A stretch of DNA of 64,000 bases from the NCBI GenBank assembly GCA_965235115.1, contig OZ249436.1:55554001-55618000 (forward strand), in the 5' to 3' direction. The first letter of the stretch is position 1. Each line of letters opens with the position of its first letter. The DNA comes from Laetmonice hystrix (taxonomy: Eukaryota). The position numbers were made by a program, and so were the translations under genes. The notes beneath the pieces are model-generated. The model did not search any database. It saw only the letters and a program-made list of their open reading frames with translations, and was not told the origin of the DNA. Shown in pieces: positions 24,501 through 37,000 of this stretch.

Positions 24501-27500
24501 CGATGTTTTGTAAATTGAAATCACTCTCATTGATCCATGATCCATGCCATTCGGACTACTGAATAGTTTAATTTAACACCTATTTTTACAATGACACTTA
24601 GGAGTAATACGTCAATACAGTCATGTTTATTCACAGAAATGGAGAAATCAAATGAAATTCAACATTCCATTCGGGCGATGAACCTATGAATCTCATTGGC
24701 TGTTCAAGTCAATGCCAGGTCAACAACAAGCCATGAGACGATCGCTTCATAGCGACAACAGGCAACTGGAATGTTGAATTTCATTAGATTTCTCCATTTC
24801 TGTGAGTAAACATTTGATTGATGTAGTCCTTATCTAACCTAACAGCCCATGTCTGCATTTTGGAATCATTGGAATGAGAGTTACTCGGTGATTGCTTGAA
24901 GTGTATTACATGTACAATGTCGTCGTGACGGACACGAATTATTACTAGAACAATAGTTTAAAGGTTTGCCTCCAGGTGCTGCAAACATTTCATCATTATG
25001 CTGTATTCTTCATGTACATTTCCCACAATGTGGATTTGGTGCCTGATCAGCAGTGTTACTGTCAGCTACACCTCGTCGTTAGAGAGTTTATAATGAATGA
25101 GAAATTCAGGAACTCCCAAATGCCTAGTTGATCTCATATTGTCCACTTACTGCTTTGGGAAGACATCAAGCTCTGTTCGAGGCCGGACTCATCGTACCGT
25201 ATTGGCCACATGGACGGACCGCCGTTGCCTTTAATTGGCTTCAATTGGACATACTGTACGTTAACATATCGCTCAGTCATCATGCAGTGTCTTTGTAACT
25301 GTGAAGTTGCTGCAGGTTTAAATAAACTATAATACGGAAAATAATAAGACATCAGAAAATTACCTTCCTACGCTGAGTAGATGACCACAAAGAGAACGGT
25401 TATAAACATGGATTTTACATTGAATTAATCCCAAAAAGACGGTCGGCTATATTATTATAAGATGCTATTCTCGGGTGTTGGTGGTAAAACAGGATGCACT
25501 ATAAAACACCTAAACGATAAAAGCCAATCGCCGATGAGAAAGTGAAAGTCATCATAAATGTACATGTTGGCGGCTGGCAAAGCTTCCCGGGCGCTCAGGC
25601 AAAGTAACAGGCGCGCGCAGTCCACCGGTGCCACGGGAAGGATTAACGGAGCCTGCCGTTAATTTGCGAGACTTTTTATAGGCCACCTAACTTGCGTAAG
25701 TTCTCCCTAGTCAGTTTGACTTGGAGATTGCAGTTTCCTGTCGGAGGAAGGTTAGAGAGAAGGCAGTCCGCTCGCCTCCCGCCAGGTAGTTGTATGATTT
25801 GCAGTAGGAGGTCGGGAACTGGCTGCCTGCCAGAGTCCACAGCTTGAACTAGACTGGCAGGACATAACGTCAGCGTCAAGGACGTCATGATCGGAAGTCC
25901 TTACGGGACGCGAGGGACAGTCAGCTATACAGTTTGGGCGTCATTCTAGGGATTCAACCCTTGAATCCTTTATTGTTATAGACCTATTCATGTGCATCAC
26001 GTTGTCAATAATGGAGCTCCGCTGTATGGTGGCTTCATGAGATGGTCTTTAGTAACGTACACGTTGTGTGTCATGCGGCGGAAAGGCAACGACCACGAAA
26101 CACTTTGATATGGTATCAAAATCTGAGAATATTAAGAAAACTCCCGTGGACATAGGACGCGGTCTTATTTCATCTTCCTATTAACTTCGGTGAACAATAG
26201 TTATTGAGCAAAGAGGCGCACAAATTGTTCTTTACACCTGCAACCTGCTAACGCATGATCAATAAAACTATTACCACAATGGTTGGGGGGGGTGGGGGCG
26301 GCTGGAGCACAGCAAAGTAAGATAAAATTTCAAATAAATATCTTGTATACTGCGAGGTAACATGGAGATTTTTCGGTCACTTGACGGTACGATGACTAGA
26401 GATAAATTTGAGAGTAGGATGGCAGTGTCTTCCGAAATTGGGTCTATTTTCTTTGTGTCTTTTTTGTTTGATTGAAACGCAAACTAAGTATCGTGATACC
26501 CACTTTTGTGTTCTTTTCCTTTCAGCGTGGATGACTACACTGGTGGTTATATGAAGTCGTTAGCGATGGTTTCTCATGATGGCAACGTCTTCTGGCCTCC
26601 CATCGTTCGCTTCCGAAGTGCCTGCAAGGTGGACATCACCTACTTTCCGTTTGACGACCAAGTGTGTCACCTCAAACTGGGATCCTGGGCCTACGACGGG
26701 TTTCAGGTGAACGTTCTCAATAGGAGTGAAAATATCGACCTGTCTAATTACGTAGACAACGGAGAGTGGGAGTTGGTGGAAGTTCGCGCACAGCGGCGCG
26801 TTGTGACGTACTCGTGTTGCCCCGAACCCTTCCCTGACGTCACGTTTTACCTTCATATACGGAGAAGGACTACGTACTACACATTCAACGTCATAATTCC
26901 CTGTGTTATTCTGAGTATTTTGACTATCGTTGGATTCTTCCTCCCAGCCGAAAGTGGCGAGAAAGTGACACTTGGGCTGACCGTTCTGCTGGCTTTCTCA
27001 GTGTTCATGCTCTTAATCGCAGAGAGCATGCCAGCTACGTCGGAGTTCGTGCCATTGATCGGTAAGTATAATTTATGTTTTCTCCAGTAAGGTATGGCTC
27101 TAAATTCTCATCAATGCAGGAGGCCTCTAGGGTATCCCCCTGGAGCATCTTCTCTCAAGGACATCTCTCGCTATAGGCATTCCTCCCGGGCATTTCTTTT
27201 GGAAGTTTTTTCTCTTCTGCTGTTACATACACAATTGAATTCTAAAATTTGTGTTATGTTTGGTAACCCTGGCAACATATGACCTCCTCCTTATATGGTT
27301 AAGAACACATTCCACAATCAAGGCCAAGTGACAAAGTACGCGTGTAAATGCGTGTAAAGGAAAACTCTTAGTTCTCCTTATGACCACCATTTCTTTACAT
27401 ACAACTTTTCATCTTCCTCAGCATATCCTCCCATGCTGCCGGGTGATCACGCTGGCAGCTGGAACACTTCGCAGGGTTCTGACAGGTGGCGTTGTTGCCG

Positions 27501-30500
27501 AAATAAGCCTATGACCGCATCGAAGGATATGCCGAGGAGGGTGCAAAGCTGTATGTTAAGAAATGGCGGTCAAATGGAGGAATAAGAGTTTTCCTTTTCC
27601 ATGGTAGTAAATACGTGGCCAATACGACTTTAAAAATTTAAAGACCAAATCATAACCTTGGCGCAACTTCGTCACGCGTTGACTGCAGCACGCGAATTAG
27701 TGATTTCCTCTATGGGCATTTCCTCATAATGTTCAGAAAGACAATTCGAAAATACGAAATTTTCCTGGGGGAATTTCTTATGGGACAGCCTGTATCACGA
27801 ATACCGCCCTGACGGTGGGATAATACCCTTACGCCCACTCGGTAGGGGCATATATATAGTCTGAACACATAAAATGCATTAAATTCATGAATGCTAAACT
27901 CTTTCTGGGGCTGGTAGACACAATAAACATCATCCCCAGAGAGGCGTTGTTCAATGAGGATATATTGCAGATTTATATAGATTTGGCTGATAAAAAACGC
28001 AGCCTCGCGAGAGGAAACTAAAAGTATATTAATTAGTTTCACCAACTCCTCCCTTGGTCATTCACATGATAGTAAACTGCTGACTTCTTCACAGTTGGAA
28101 AGTTAATATAACCCTGCGTACCGAAATCTGTACGTTTGCAATCATGCATGCCTCGTAGTTCTTGAACCTATCGATCGCGCGGAGCGATGCCAGTGGAACA
28201 GTTCAACAGGCTTTGCAAACAAAAGCACGTGCCATTCCAGTGGTGGGTGAACAGTATAAAAACAGAATGTAAATCCTATGTATTTGGTATACTGCACTGA
28301 ATGTATTATCGTGAAAAAAGGGAATGCATTCTAGAAAGTGAAATGCGATTTACTCCATGATGCACTTTTTCAAATGGATGGACATATTATATCTAACAAA
28401 AATACCACGTGTAACTGGACGCGAGAGCGAAAGAAAAGTCATTTTACTGTGAGCGAAAGAGTGTTTGTCGGCTTGCAGATCTCAGCTTTTAAAAAAGATA
28501 CTGTTTCTGCTTTACAGATGGTTCTGTCTGCATTTTCAACCAATCATTTTTTTTACAACTAAGTAGTTTTGCCTCTGCAAATAATAATAGGCCTATTTTT
28601 CATTTTACTTTATGGCAATCCTACATTCTTGAATGTAAAACCTTTCAAACCGTCCTATAGCTGTTACTGCATAAAGAATAATCGGCCACACCTGGCCTGA
28701 CTGTTGCACTCTGTGACTACTTCTTCTTGGCCGGGTGTCGCTTTTTCTCAAGCATATGATGGACATTTTCTTTCCAATACAACTTCTATACTTTTTGAAT
28801 TAGTCGGCATAAATCTATAGATGGCTGCCCGTCTAAAGGGCTCTTGGAGCATGTCAGAAATAATAGTAACCCATAGACTATAGACTGGGTCAAATACTTA
28901 CTAGGGGGATTTCGCGAACACTGGCACGCATTTTGCCATTGACAGTATCTTGAAAGAGTTGATTAGAGACAATTTTGCTGTGGTTCAGATGTATCGAAAG
29001 CATGCCTTTTTTTCTGTCGCGACTGCAGCGTTCATCGGTACGCTATTCCCGGTCTCCCTAGATTTCTCTCGGGGTCGGGCAGACATAGTCCACGTCTACA
29101 TAATTGTCCGTCCGTGTCTATAAACCAAATCAAATATCTTTTATATTGAACAAAATGACGATAGGTAAATCATGTACGTACAGACCGGCTTGGATGCGTT
29201 CAGAAAACACGTACTCAACTCATTACCTATGGGGGAGCACTCAAAATGATGACGTATTACACATGAAAGATGCGTTAGCGTTGGCGTCGCTGAGATACAC
29301 TGGCACGCTACATCTCTATAATATCCCTGGCTGCATGTCTATGGTCACCACAAGGTGAAGTTGTCGTGGGATTAGCAACGGATGTAAACTAATAGAAGTG
29401 GATGTCTTGTTAGGTCCGCTGGCTGATCTTTCACAGGGACAGAGCCCTATGATCAAATCCATTGGATGTGAGGCTATAATAATATCCTTACACGCAAAGT
29501 GAGCCCCATGGTGTAATGGGAGGATTTCCAAAGGGTTGTCAGTTTTATGGGTCGGTAAACGATATGAAAGTCGACACGATTCGCAGCTTCTGCAATACCC
29601 GCTGGTAGGAAGATACGCGTGACGGAGTCGACGTCATTGGAAAGTCCCTCCGGATCTGTTTCAAAAGAAAGAACCCAGACAGTTCGAAATGAGATTCAGG
29701 AATTTGTCACCACCAACCCTACAAAGGTTTCCCTGTTTGTTGTTTAGTTTGGTGGCCGGGCCCGTGTATGTCACCTTGATATTTTTTAAAGGGAAGGCCT
29801 ATCGTTACTTTAATGCCTTCGGACTATTTGAGGTTTCTGCTTCATTTTACATAGGGAAAGGAATGTCGGCTTAACTAAAATTCTGTTAAAATCTATGTGA
29901 TGTGCCCGTGACTGGTATCCTTACACCTTTTGCAGTAAAACTTTGTGACTCGGAAGTGTTATTGTTACTCACTTTTTGGTGACTGGTTTGAAGATATGAC
30001 CCATATTTTTCGATAACGGTTGCCTTATAACCCCGGCCAACTTTGAATAGCTTCCGATATCCCTGACAGGTCGTCGTTCTAGGACGACGTATGCCTGTAT
30101 ACGTATCGCGTTTAATTGGCGGGACACCGTCTTGACGATATCAACCTTCATGTATTGCAGGGATATACCTTACCGTCACCATGGCAATGACATCGATGTC
30201 TGTCATCTTCTCTGTGTTTGTACTCCACCTGCACCATCGTGGCTCCCTGACACGGCGCGCGCCGCCATGGTTACGGAGGACCACTCTCGGCCTTTCTCGG
30301 GTCGTGTGCGTGACACCCAGCCCTTTGTTGACCTACGGCGAACAGAAGCAACGCGACGTCAAATCGAACATGAGGCCAGGTTACGGCAGTTTTAACCAGG
30401 GCTTCAAAATGAACTCCCTGCGTAGTGTTACACTGAAAACACTTGATAATGGGGAATACATGATACATAATGATACTTCTCATGCTCAGGAGAGGCTGGC

Positions 30501-30738
30501 TCGGAAATTAAGACAGGCAGAGGAAGACGTTTTGTGTCAATTGAAGATGATTATAGCCAGGTATGAACGTGAAGACGCCAACATGAAAGTGAACAGAGAG
30601 TGGGAAGATATCGCTGTTGTTTTTGACAGGGTTCTCTTCTGGTTCGCCTTCACTGTATCTACGTCGGTGACGTTATCTCTGCTAGTATTCAAGCCGTTAG
30701 CGAAGAGTGTTAACATAGATGACTATATAATCCAGTGA
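1497..30738 (+). CDS. CHRNA9/10-like: Nicotinic acetylcholine receptor alpha subunit (alpha9/alpha10-like Cys-loop cation channel), 6 coding exons, 503 aa: join(1497..1575,21455..21618,22372..22416,24314..24423,26526..27061,30161..30738)
   Basis: Exons splice in frame through GT-AG introns (phases 1,0,0,2,1), total 1512 nt. Protein has a signal peptide, [11 protein letters not shown]-terminal helix, [16 protein letters not shown] (loop A), Cys-loop [20 protein letters not shown] (loop B), vicinal cysteines YSCCPEP (loop C, defines alpha subunits), M1-M4 and a GEK motif before M2. Confidence 0.95.
2045..2245. mobile_element. Non-autonomous DNA transposon, IS3EU-like (TAC...GTA termini, 6-bp TSD)
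   Basis: ~50-bp terminal inverted repeats (TACAGTGGCTGGGAAAGGACAT.../...ATGTCCTTTCCCAGCCACCGTA), exact GGTATG duplication at 2039-2044 and 2246-2251, and internal ~20-bp tandem repeats (CTCGAGCGCTCGACTTAT). Confidence 0.75.
2843..3150. mobile_element. Foldback / Helentron-associated (HINE-like) element with ~24-bp subterminal repeats and an internal (CCCTAA)3
   Basis: ACCGAAACCGACC motifs on the left are inverted relative to tandem GGTTTCGGTCGG(T)TTTGG units on the right; CCCTAACCCTAACCCTAACC at ~2908-2928. Confidence 0.5.
3673..3813. mobile_element. CACTA/EnSpm-like MITE, nested in remnants of a related element (~3625-3873)
   Basis: TIR CACTCTAAAAACAGATTGGTTGAA / TTCAACCAATCTGTTTTTAGAGTG, with TA on both flanks. 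Confidence 0.7.
4079..4190. repeat. 38-bp minisatellite, ~3 copies
   Basis: CAGTGTTCTGATGTATGACAAAAGTCCTAGAGTTACAT repeated. Confidence 0.9.
4356..4398. repeat. (GAA)n microsatellite
   Basis: Pure GAA run; it explains the poly-Leu in ORF 4258..4680. Confidence 0.95.
6302..6826. mobile_element. Kolobok-like non-autonomous DNA transposon
   Basis: TTAA|AGGAAATATGTCACG ... CGTGACATATTACCT|TTAA: 15-bp TIR with one mismatch, TTAA TSD and RR..YY termini. Confidence 0.75.
6975..7260. repeat. Degenerate A-rich tandem repeat (AAAACGACGAATACAATAGC-like, ~20-bp units), probably transposon-internal
   Basis: Repeated AACGAC motifs. Confidence 0.6.
8235..8381 (+). mobile_element. SINE 3' part with V-domain-like core
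   Basis: GGTTTCCTCCGGGTACTCCAGTTTCCTCC core and tail ...CCGCCGTGATATGACC...GGCGTAAAAC; related copy at 62168-62280. Confidence 0.6.
8389..8477. mobile_element. Short palindromic MITE (Harbinger-like)
   Basis: Imperfect inverted ends CTGGTCCGGTTTCAGAAAG / CTTTCTTAAACCGAGGCCAG. Confidence 0.4.
8772..9016. mobile_element. hAT-like MITE with probable 5-bp TSD
   Basis: CAGTCTTGGATCC ... GAGTCCGCCACTG termini and G-runs; flanks ATAGT/GTAGT (1 mismatch). Confidence 0.55.
9269..10137. repeat. 62-bp minisatellite, 14 copies
   Basis: Unit GGCGCCCAKYTGGTTGTCAGGTGTCAGCTAGCCTCAGGGGTTGACAGTATTGACTTATAGAA, head-to-tail with no spacers. Confidence 0.97.
10188..10646. repeat. 44-bp minisatellite, ~10 copies
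   Basis: Unit GTCACGGTTCACGAGGGGGTTGTACAGGGCTGATTACAGGCGTA, degenerate at the 3' end. Confidence 0.95.
15613..15677. mobile_element. Miniature Tc1/mariner-like MITE (65 bp)
   Basis: TA|TCGGGTGTCCCAGA ... TCTGGGACACCCGA|TA: perfect TIR and TA TSD. Confidence 0.65.
15715..15931. mobile_element. Partial copy (right arm) of the foldback element at 17959-18867
   Basis: Same GGATATGTCCGC/GCGGACATATC repeats and terminus CGGACATAACTAGCCGTTCGGACGTATCTAGCC. Confidence 0.7.
17959..18867. mobile_element. Foldback/HINE-like element with long inverted arms and a ~600-bp unrelated insert
   Basis: Left arm GTTCCGGCGAGATATGTCCGAACGGCTAGTTATGTCCGA is the reverse complement of the right arm TCGGACATAACTAGCCGTTTGGACGTATCTAGCCGGAAC. 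Confidence 0.7.
18111..18347 (-). ncRNA. Putative structured RNA domain, copy A (retroelement-borne)
   Basis: Minus-strand TCGTAGTCTG...CAGACGCCAGAT, nested helices; homologous to 58652-58889 and 46843-47113. Confidence 0.45.
21455..21618 (+). CDS. CHRNA9/10-like: nAChR exon 2 ([55 protein letters not shown])
   Basis: Acceptor ttccag| at 21454, donor |gtgaga at 21619; classic nAChR N-terminal RL...Y...RPV motif. Confidence 0.93.
22372..22416 (+). CDS. CHRNA9/10-like: nAChR exon 3 ([15 protein letters not shown]), 45 nt
   Basis: Acceptor tttttcag|, donor |gtaaat; conserved 45-nt nAChR exon that the ORF track missed. Confidence 0.95.
22421..23178. repeat. 69-bp minisatellite, 11 copies, starting 5 nt into intron 3
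   Basis: Unit ATATGTGTATTCACCAGAACTTGTTCAGTGAAAGGTAGGCTTGTTTATGATAAGGTTGCAGTGAGAGAT. Confidence 0.97.
24314..24423 (+). CDS. CHRNA9/10-like: nAChR exon 4 ([36 protein letters not shown]), 110 nt
   Basis: Acceptor ggcag|, donor |gtaggc; conserved 110-nt exon with the WxPDIVLYN motif. Confidence 0.95.
24623..24813. mobile_element. Foldback MITE (~47-bp inverted arms), family uncertain
   Basis: ATGTTTATTCACAGAAATGGAGAAATCAAATGAAATTCAACATTCCA / TGGAATGTTGAATTTCATTAGATTTCTCCATTTCTGTGAGTAAACAT. Confidence 0.65.
26526..27061 (+). CDS. CHRNA9/10-like: nAChR exon 5 (Cys-loop, loops B and C, M1, M2)
   Basis: Acceptor ccttttcag|, donor G|gtaagt; lies within ORF 26506..27090. Confidence 0.96.
27356..27597. 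mobile_element. Foldback MITE (~75-bp imperfect inverted arms), family uncertain
   Basis: AAGGAAAACTCTTA...GCATATCCT pairs with AGGATATGC...TAAGAGTTTTCCTT. Confidence 0.65.
30161..30738 (+). CDS. CHRNA9/10-like: nAChR exon 6 (M3, cytoplasmic loop, M4, stop)
   Basis: Acceptor tattgcag|; reads [27 protein letters not shown]...[15 protein letters not shown]...IIQ then TGA. Confidence 0.95.
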
Positions 30739-31076
30739 CTAGGCCTTACACATTTATGTTCAGCATTAAGCCATGAAGTATAACGGTATATTCTAAGACT
30801 CTGTACCTCGTCATCGTATAGTCATAGGGGAGGGGGGGGGGGGTTATAACCAGTTGTACAGTAACCAACTGATGTGTATTATGAATTTTTTTTTTATCGG
30901 AAGCAGTATTGTATTCAGCAATGTTTACCCTTGACATGCTACCTTTTATCCGTGATGTAATACAAATAACCTGTACCGAAACATTATACCACCTTCCGTT
31001 TTCAATTTGTAAATATTTTACGTGATGTATAATTAATCATCTTCTTTTTGTGAGAATATATACAGGCTTCAGATGA

Positions 31077-31082
31077 AATAAA
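31077..31082 (+). promoter_or_regulatory. Probable polyadenylation signal of the nAChR gene
   Basis: AATAAA ~340 nt after the stop codon, followed by a T/GT-rich tract (gtcttgtgttatctttt). Confidence 0.55.
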
Positions 31083-34000
31083 TGAATGGATTTTTTACCA
31101 GGTCTTGTGTTATCTTTTCACAGCTATAAACCTATAGCCACTCGCACCGCTAACCATTCCGAATAATCATACAGCTTTTTCGCCAGATAACATTGTAGAA
31201 GTTCTGAGAAGTTCTCATCAACAACTACATTCGGGAACCCTCGGGAAAGTCCGCCAGCTTCCGCTGGGTTCGGATTTTCACCTCGGGTGTAATGGACAGA
31301 TTTGTGTGACTTTGTGATGCGGCGCGAATGAATACTGAGTAAGCAGGCAGGGGGCACAATGCGCGCTGACCAAGTAATCCCTACAGCGTAATGGCAGCGG
31401 TTGATGAGTGTTTGCATTATGCACTTAAAAACTGTCCGATAACCAAAGGAAAGTCGCGGCAGTTAAACCAAAACAGAGAGAAACATGCTCAACTCGGAAA
31501 TGGCGTATGCCTCCATTCGTCCTATCGTCGGCCACACCGCCCACACTCAACACATTGACAACACTCGCTGACTCATTCCCAGCCGACAGCGGCGACACGG
31601 GCACGCACAGTGCTGCTAGCGCTAAGCGCTCGGAAACTGGTGAGGCAGTCTAGGCGAGATACGAAGGAGGACGTTATTTCGCATAACTCTGATCATCGTC
31701 GGCAGATTCCTTCCGTAAACACCCACTAGAATTTTTTTATAGCGACAAAGGCCAAGATGGTAGCTGTGGAAAGCACATGGGTTGGTTTTGTTGTTGACTA
31801 CTTTCAAAAATGGCGACCTGACGATTACGGCCGAGACATGATCTGCCATCTGTCGAGGTAGAGCCGACTGCAACAACTAATCATAACATATTATTATGTT
31901 TGACTCCGCGTCTTATCTTCTAATAGGAAGCGTAAGTATGTCATGTTACAATGCGCGATTCGATTTGAAATACCCAAACTAGCGCTATACAAATTCCGGT
32001 TCCGGTCATTTAACCTTGGCAGGGCCATTGAAAAAACGTTCTCTCAACTTCAACCCGTGATAACTCTACAATTCTTGTTCTCTTGTTCATCTCTTACCAT
32101 ACATCAGATCCGACATCTCCGACATTTAGGTTAGAAAACATAAATTTCATACACACAAAATATTTAATTGTCAAAAAAACAGGCCACTATTTGGAGAGGG
32201 TTAGGCCTATACCTTCGTGTTAAACCAATGGGGAATTGTGACGTAATAATACTCCATGTCGCCAGTGATGATGTTTTGGCCTCATTAGCATAACGTTATG
32301 ATAACTTGGTGACGAGACTTACGTTCCCTATAGGCCCCTATAGATGTTTTCTCTAAGTAAATCTATCTATTGTCGTTATTAAAATGTACAAAGAATGGAG
32401 AATTGTAACGTCTCACAAACACAACCTTTCTAAATTACATATCGTTGATTTCATTATGACATGAGAATGCAACGACCGTCCATCTTGGTTTTAGTCCCTC
32501 TATCCATAGGGGTGGTTAAAATTACACCTTTAGGCAACGATTAGGAACGTCCTGAGGATGATCCACGCAAAAAAAAAATTAGTAATGGGAGGAAACAACA
32601 GGAATGGTGAAGACACTACCACGTGTGATGGCCGGGAACAGGGCAGGGCGCCACCAACTGAAGATTCGTGACCAGCGGTTCTCCAAACGTATCAGGTGGT
32701 ATGAAAAACGAATGTAGAGGTGGCCGCAGCGAAAGGACGATCTCGGAAGATGCCGCTTCGGATAAAATACGACCGTGTACCGCCATTTGAGTCAGCAAGG
32801 AAAGAGGGTGTTGCAGTGCACCCTGAGAAGTTAAAAGACGAATCACTTTAAGGTCTCAGATCAGTAAGTCTCTTTTTCAAAGAAAAGGTTTAGGCCTAAG
32901 TGTTTTATTTTTATGGTATCATTCCAAATACCGCTTGGTGACCATCTTGACTGTATGGCGGTGAACTTGAAAGGCCAATTGAGGCCATGTATCCTTTCGA
33001 CGGCCCATATCTCTGCTAACTGGTAAACACCGGTGTGTAGAGTTACTATATGAAAGAAGGATACGAAGTCAGTTTAAATCGTGTAACGTATACATTTTGG
33101 TTGCGAGGGTTCAGAGAGGTGACAATGTTGAGTATCACTGGACACAACTGTCCCGTGTAATGTGTCTGCGTTCAGTGGTCTGACGCCGACACCGTCCTGT
33201 TTGCTGCCAGTCTCGTAACCTTTCTTATATAGAGGCTTTGTTTGGGTGCCAACTTGGCATTGGTAGTAACATGTAGCCTACAACTTACTCAGAATCCAAT
33301 CCTTATCTCGTCCTAGACAAATTACAATCAGACATGCACAGCCTCCTGCATGACTCTCGAGGACAGTGTCTAGTGCTTGAAGCTCAGCAGGAGAGGATAG
33401 GCCTAAACAGTTTGAAGACAAATTCAGACTAACGTAAGATAAGATAAGTTTTTATTTGCAACCGTAAGGTTGGATTAAGATAACATACATATGTGTACAT
33501 AATACTTAATACACAGTACATAATACATAAGAAAAAAAAAAAAAAGAATTATATACATTCAAAAACGGTTATTGTTCACATTGGTAATTGCGTAAAGCCC
33601 ACGGAATAAGGGAATTATTAAATCTATTTGTTCTTGCCTTAATTAGTGGGTAAATATTAGATTCTCGCAAAGAATATGTATCAGATTGGGGGGGGGGGGA
33701 GGTTGCCCCCCATCTTTGCTAAAAGTAATAGAGGTTAACAAACAATTAAATCGAAGGGGGTCTCCTATTAGGCCTATCATTAATCCAAGGGAATCCACTT
33801 CAGTGTGTGTCACATCGAATAAATATCACTGCAACGCTATAAACATTCAAGTGTAAAATACCAATGAAGCACACGGGGAACAATAGAAACTGCCATGATG
33901 TCGGGAGTGTCGATAGAAAAGAAACGCTCTCCCATCTAGAAACGTCCCCACCCATTCCTTACAAGTCCGTCCCTTTAAGCCAATATTCGTCCTCCCATAG

Positions 34001-37000
34001 AATTAAAAGACACGAAGAACCCCGAAGCAATAATGGACCTACTGAGTGAAATACAACCAATCCCATGCCACTCGGATGGTGAGCCCGGGGCGACTCCAAT
34101 ATCGTTTCCGGTCTCATTGGTGAAGCTCCGCCACGACACGTTCAAACGGGTAGAATTCGTCTTGCCACTGATCCGGGCCGTGCGTTGTGTTCGAATATCG
34201 TCAGGCTAAACCATAATTCTGATTTCAATCGTCAGGTAACATCGGGTCCTCTATCAGAGAAGGAAAACTGACTATATTTTTGCATGATATTACTGTCGAG
34301 ACCATGCTTTTATACTATCGTCGTGATAGTGAACGGACAATGACGCACAAATCAGTTGATGTTGATTTCTTATTCTCGTGTTTCTTTCACAATTCGGCAG
34401 AATAACTCAACAAGAGCATTTCATACTGAGTGTATGTCAGTGTAATGGAAGTCCCTGTTACGGTATGCCCTTAACGTAATATTGTAATACAATTCCAGCA
34501 AGATAGGGACCAAAACAACCTTATTAGGGTAATGAGTCAGATTTAATAAAATAACAAGCATACACTGAGAGAAACATTACTGAAACAAGTCTTGAAAAGC
34601 TTCACCAAACCTGCAGAAAAATGAAATTGGGATCTCTGTACAATGAAGTTATTAAGCAGGAATTTGAAACCTTACCCTTGAAGCAACTGTGAAACAGTAA
34701 TGGGGCAATCTAGAATTATTATTGAAAATTTTGCGATTGTTAATTAGAAACCGTAAACTATTTATAAGGTTTAACACCGTGTGTCATGCAGTTAACGCTT
34801 TGATCCAGAATTTTTTTCTAAGAATGTTGGTTCTTTTAAAGGGATGAAAATCAAACCTAGGGCTCGAGGGGACCTCGGCATGATCAAAGGGGCGCACCAG
34901 GTGGTAGCTATGGTTACCACCGACGGATTCAAACCGTATTGTACTACCCGTACAGAAGCCGAGATTACCAGCCCGTTTGAAGGTCATTTTGCCAAATCGG
35001 CTCAACTCAGGAACACGCCAGTCGCACGCATGGCCTACGACGCCTCGCGATTTCACCATCATTATAGAAATCAGCAAGGTTGCGTTCATACAGCCACACA
35101 TCGCTCAGGCGACGTCCCGGACACGTCACGCGATATCAGGACGACACATTCCAAACATATAGTGCCATCTTCTGTGGAAATATATCTCCAAATCAGGGTT
35201 GACTTATCAGATTGGGAGGGGGGGGGGGTGTCTTGAAGGCGCCAGGCAATGGTCAATTGCTGTTGAGTGCATGGAGAAATAATCTTGAAGGAAATAAAAG
35301 TATAATGTAGTGATGTTCAATGCTCAAAAGAAAACAAAGAATGACAAGAGGAAGAAGTAGTAGAAGAAGAAGAAGATGAAGAAGAAGAACATTTTTTCAG
35401 GCGGTTACCAGGGACACGGGATCATTTTTAAGTCTATACTTAAAGCACATCATGATACCGTCCCCTCCCCTGAAGAAATCGTGGGGGCGGGGAAGGCGCC
35501 TCCTCTATAATGTATCATTCTGACAGTACCCGGCTGTCTCCTCCAGTAACTTCGCCGCTTCTCCAGGGCAGAACAATCAATGAAAAGGCGGCGTGTCGGT
35601 CCTGCGCCCCCTGGAGTGACCTCGATCAGTGGAGGTCATGTTGGTACCAGGAGGACCGGGGTAAATCAGTGATCGGTATCCGGTCGGACCTAAACACACG
35701 CCCTTCACCGGCCGCCACCGCCACACAACCCGGCTTTGGTTTTTATTCCCCAGCGGCCGTCCTCCTGTGAGTTCGGCGCCAATGAAAGCCTTCCGGTTTC
35801 ACTCATCTTGCCGTCACGCAGAAATAAAATACCCGCTAGTATAGTGAAGTCATTTCCTTGCACCACTCGTCCACTCTGTCATGGAGTGTTTTAAGCAGTG
35901 ATCCATGTTCCAATAAGACTGCCGCGACGTCCCGTGCACCTCCTCTAATCTGTTTCTAAAAGTTTGCCTCTTAAAGCGACAGCTCACAATATTGGCCTTA
36001 TAATTCGAAAACGTTATTCGAACATGCTGAATGGTAAAACGTCCCATGGCAGAGCGTTTTTAACACAAGCCCCGGGGCCTTCCCCTACCTGAAAAAAGCT
36101 ACCCTCTAGGGAAATTAAATTAAGGTTTGCGGTCAATGCACCGTCCCACAAGGCCCTTACATAAATGTCTTTCTTTCGTATTTAAGAGACAGATTAATCT
36201 GTTTTTATAGCACCATGTCCTTGCAGGTCCGTGGTTTCTATTACATCAGTGTACAGAGAGCACCGGAAAGTAAGATCAGGTACCAGACCTGTGAACGCTA
36301 GGTGGCGCTGTCAGTCTGCAGGGATCCAAGGTAATAAGTATGACGAACGCCTTATTAGCATAATTATATCAACTAATGAAAGATCGTTGATGGGGGGGGG
36401 GGGGGGTAAGCGCATTAACCTTTTGCTATAGGCCTGCATAAATTAAACAGTTTGTTTAAATGGTTGTACTCCGCAGAGCTTTGTCTGGCGCTTGTAGCAT
36501 AGAGAAGGCGCGAAAATGTGCCAGAACTTGTGGTCTCTTGCTTTTTTACTGGCAAATGATAATACTAGATACACTTTATCACTTCTGCGGGTTCTCTATA
36601 TAATTATGACGGTAATCGACATGAAAGTCATAAAAACACGAGAGGATTTTATTTAGTGCCACTCTAGCGGATAAAGAGGACAATATGAAACTGCTTATAA
36701 TACATTTAGGTATAATGCTTGATGTAGGCTAGCTCTCATCGAATCTTCTCTTTTGGCACAGCCACCAAAAATTATATTCGCTACATCAGAATACAGAAAG
36801 TCGATGTCTGCTGTACATAAGCGTATAATCTTTGCACGTATAAAACGCAAAGCCCGCAACTTCCCGTATTTTTTTAGGGTCCGCATTACCTGGTGGCGTA
36901 TGCTGTCACCTTACACATGTAACATCCTGCAGCGCGAACCGAAACTGGATGCAGTTTACTCGAAAAAATAAAGAACGTTCGAAACGACTGTGCAATAATG

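Noticed and set aside
34844..35236. 130-aa ORF
   Set aside because: No domain resemblance or splice support; length is consistent with chance.
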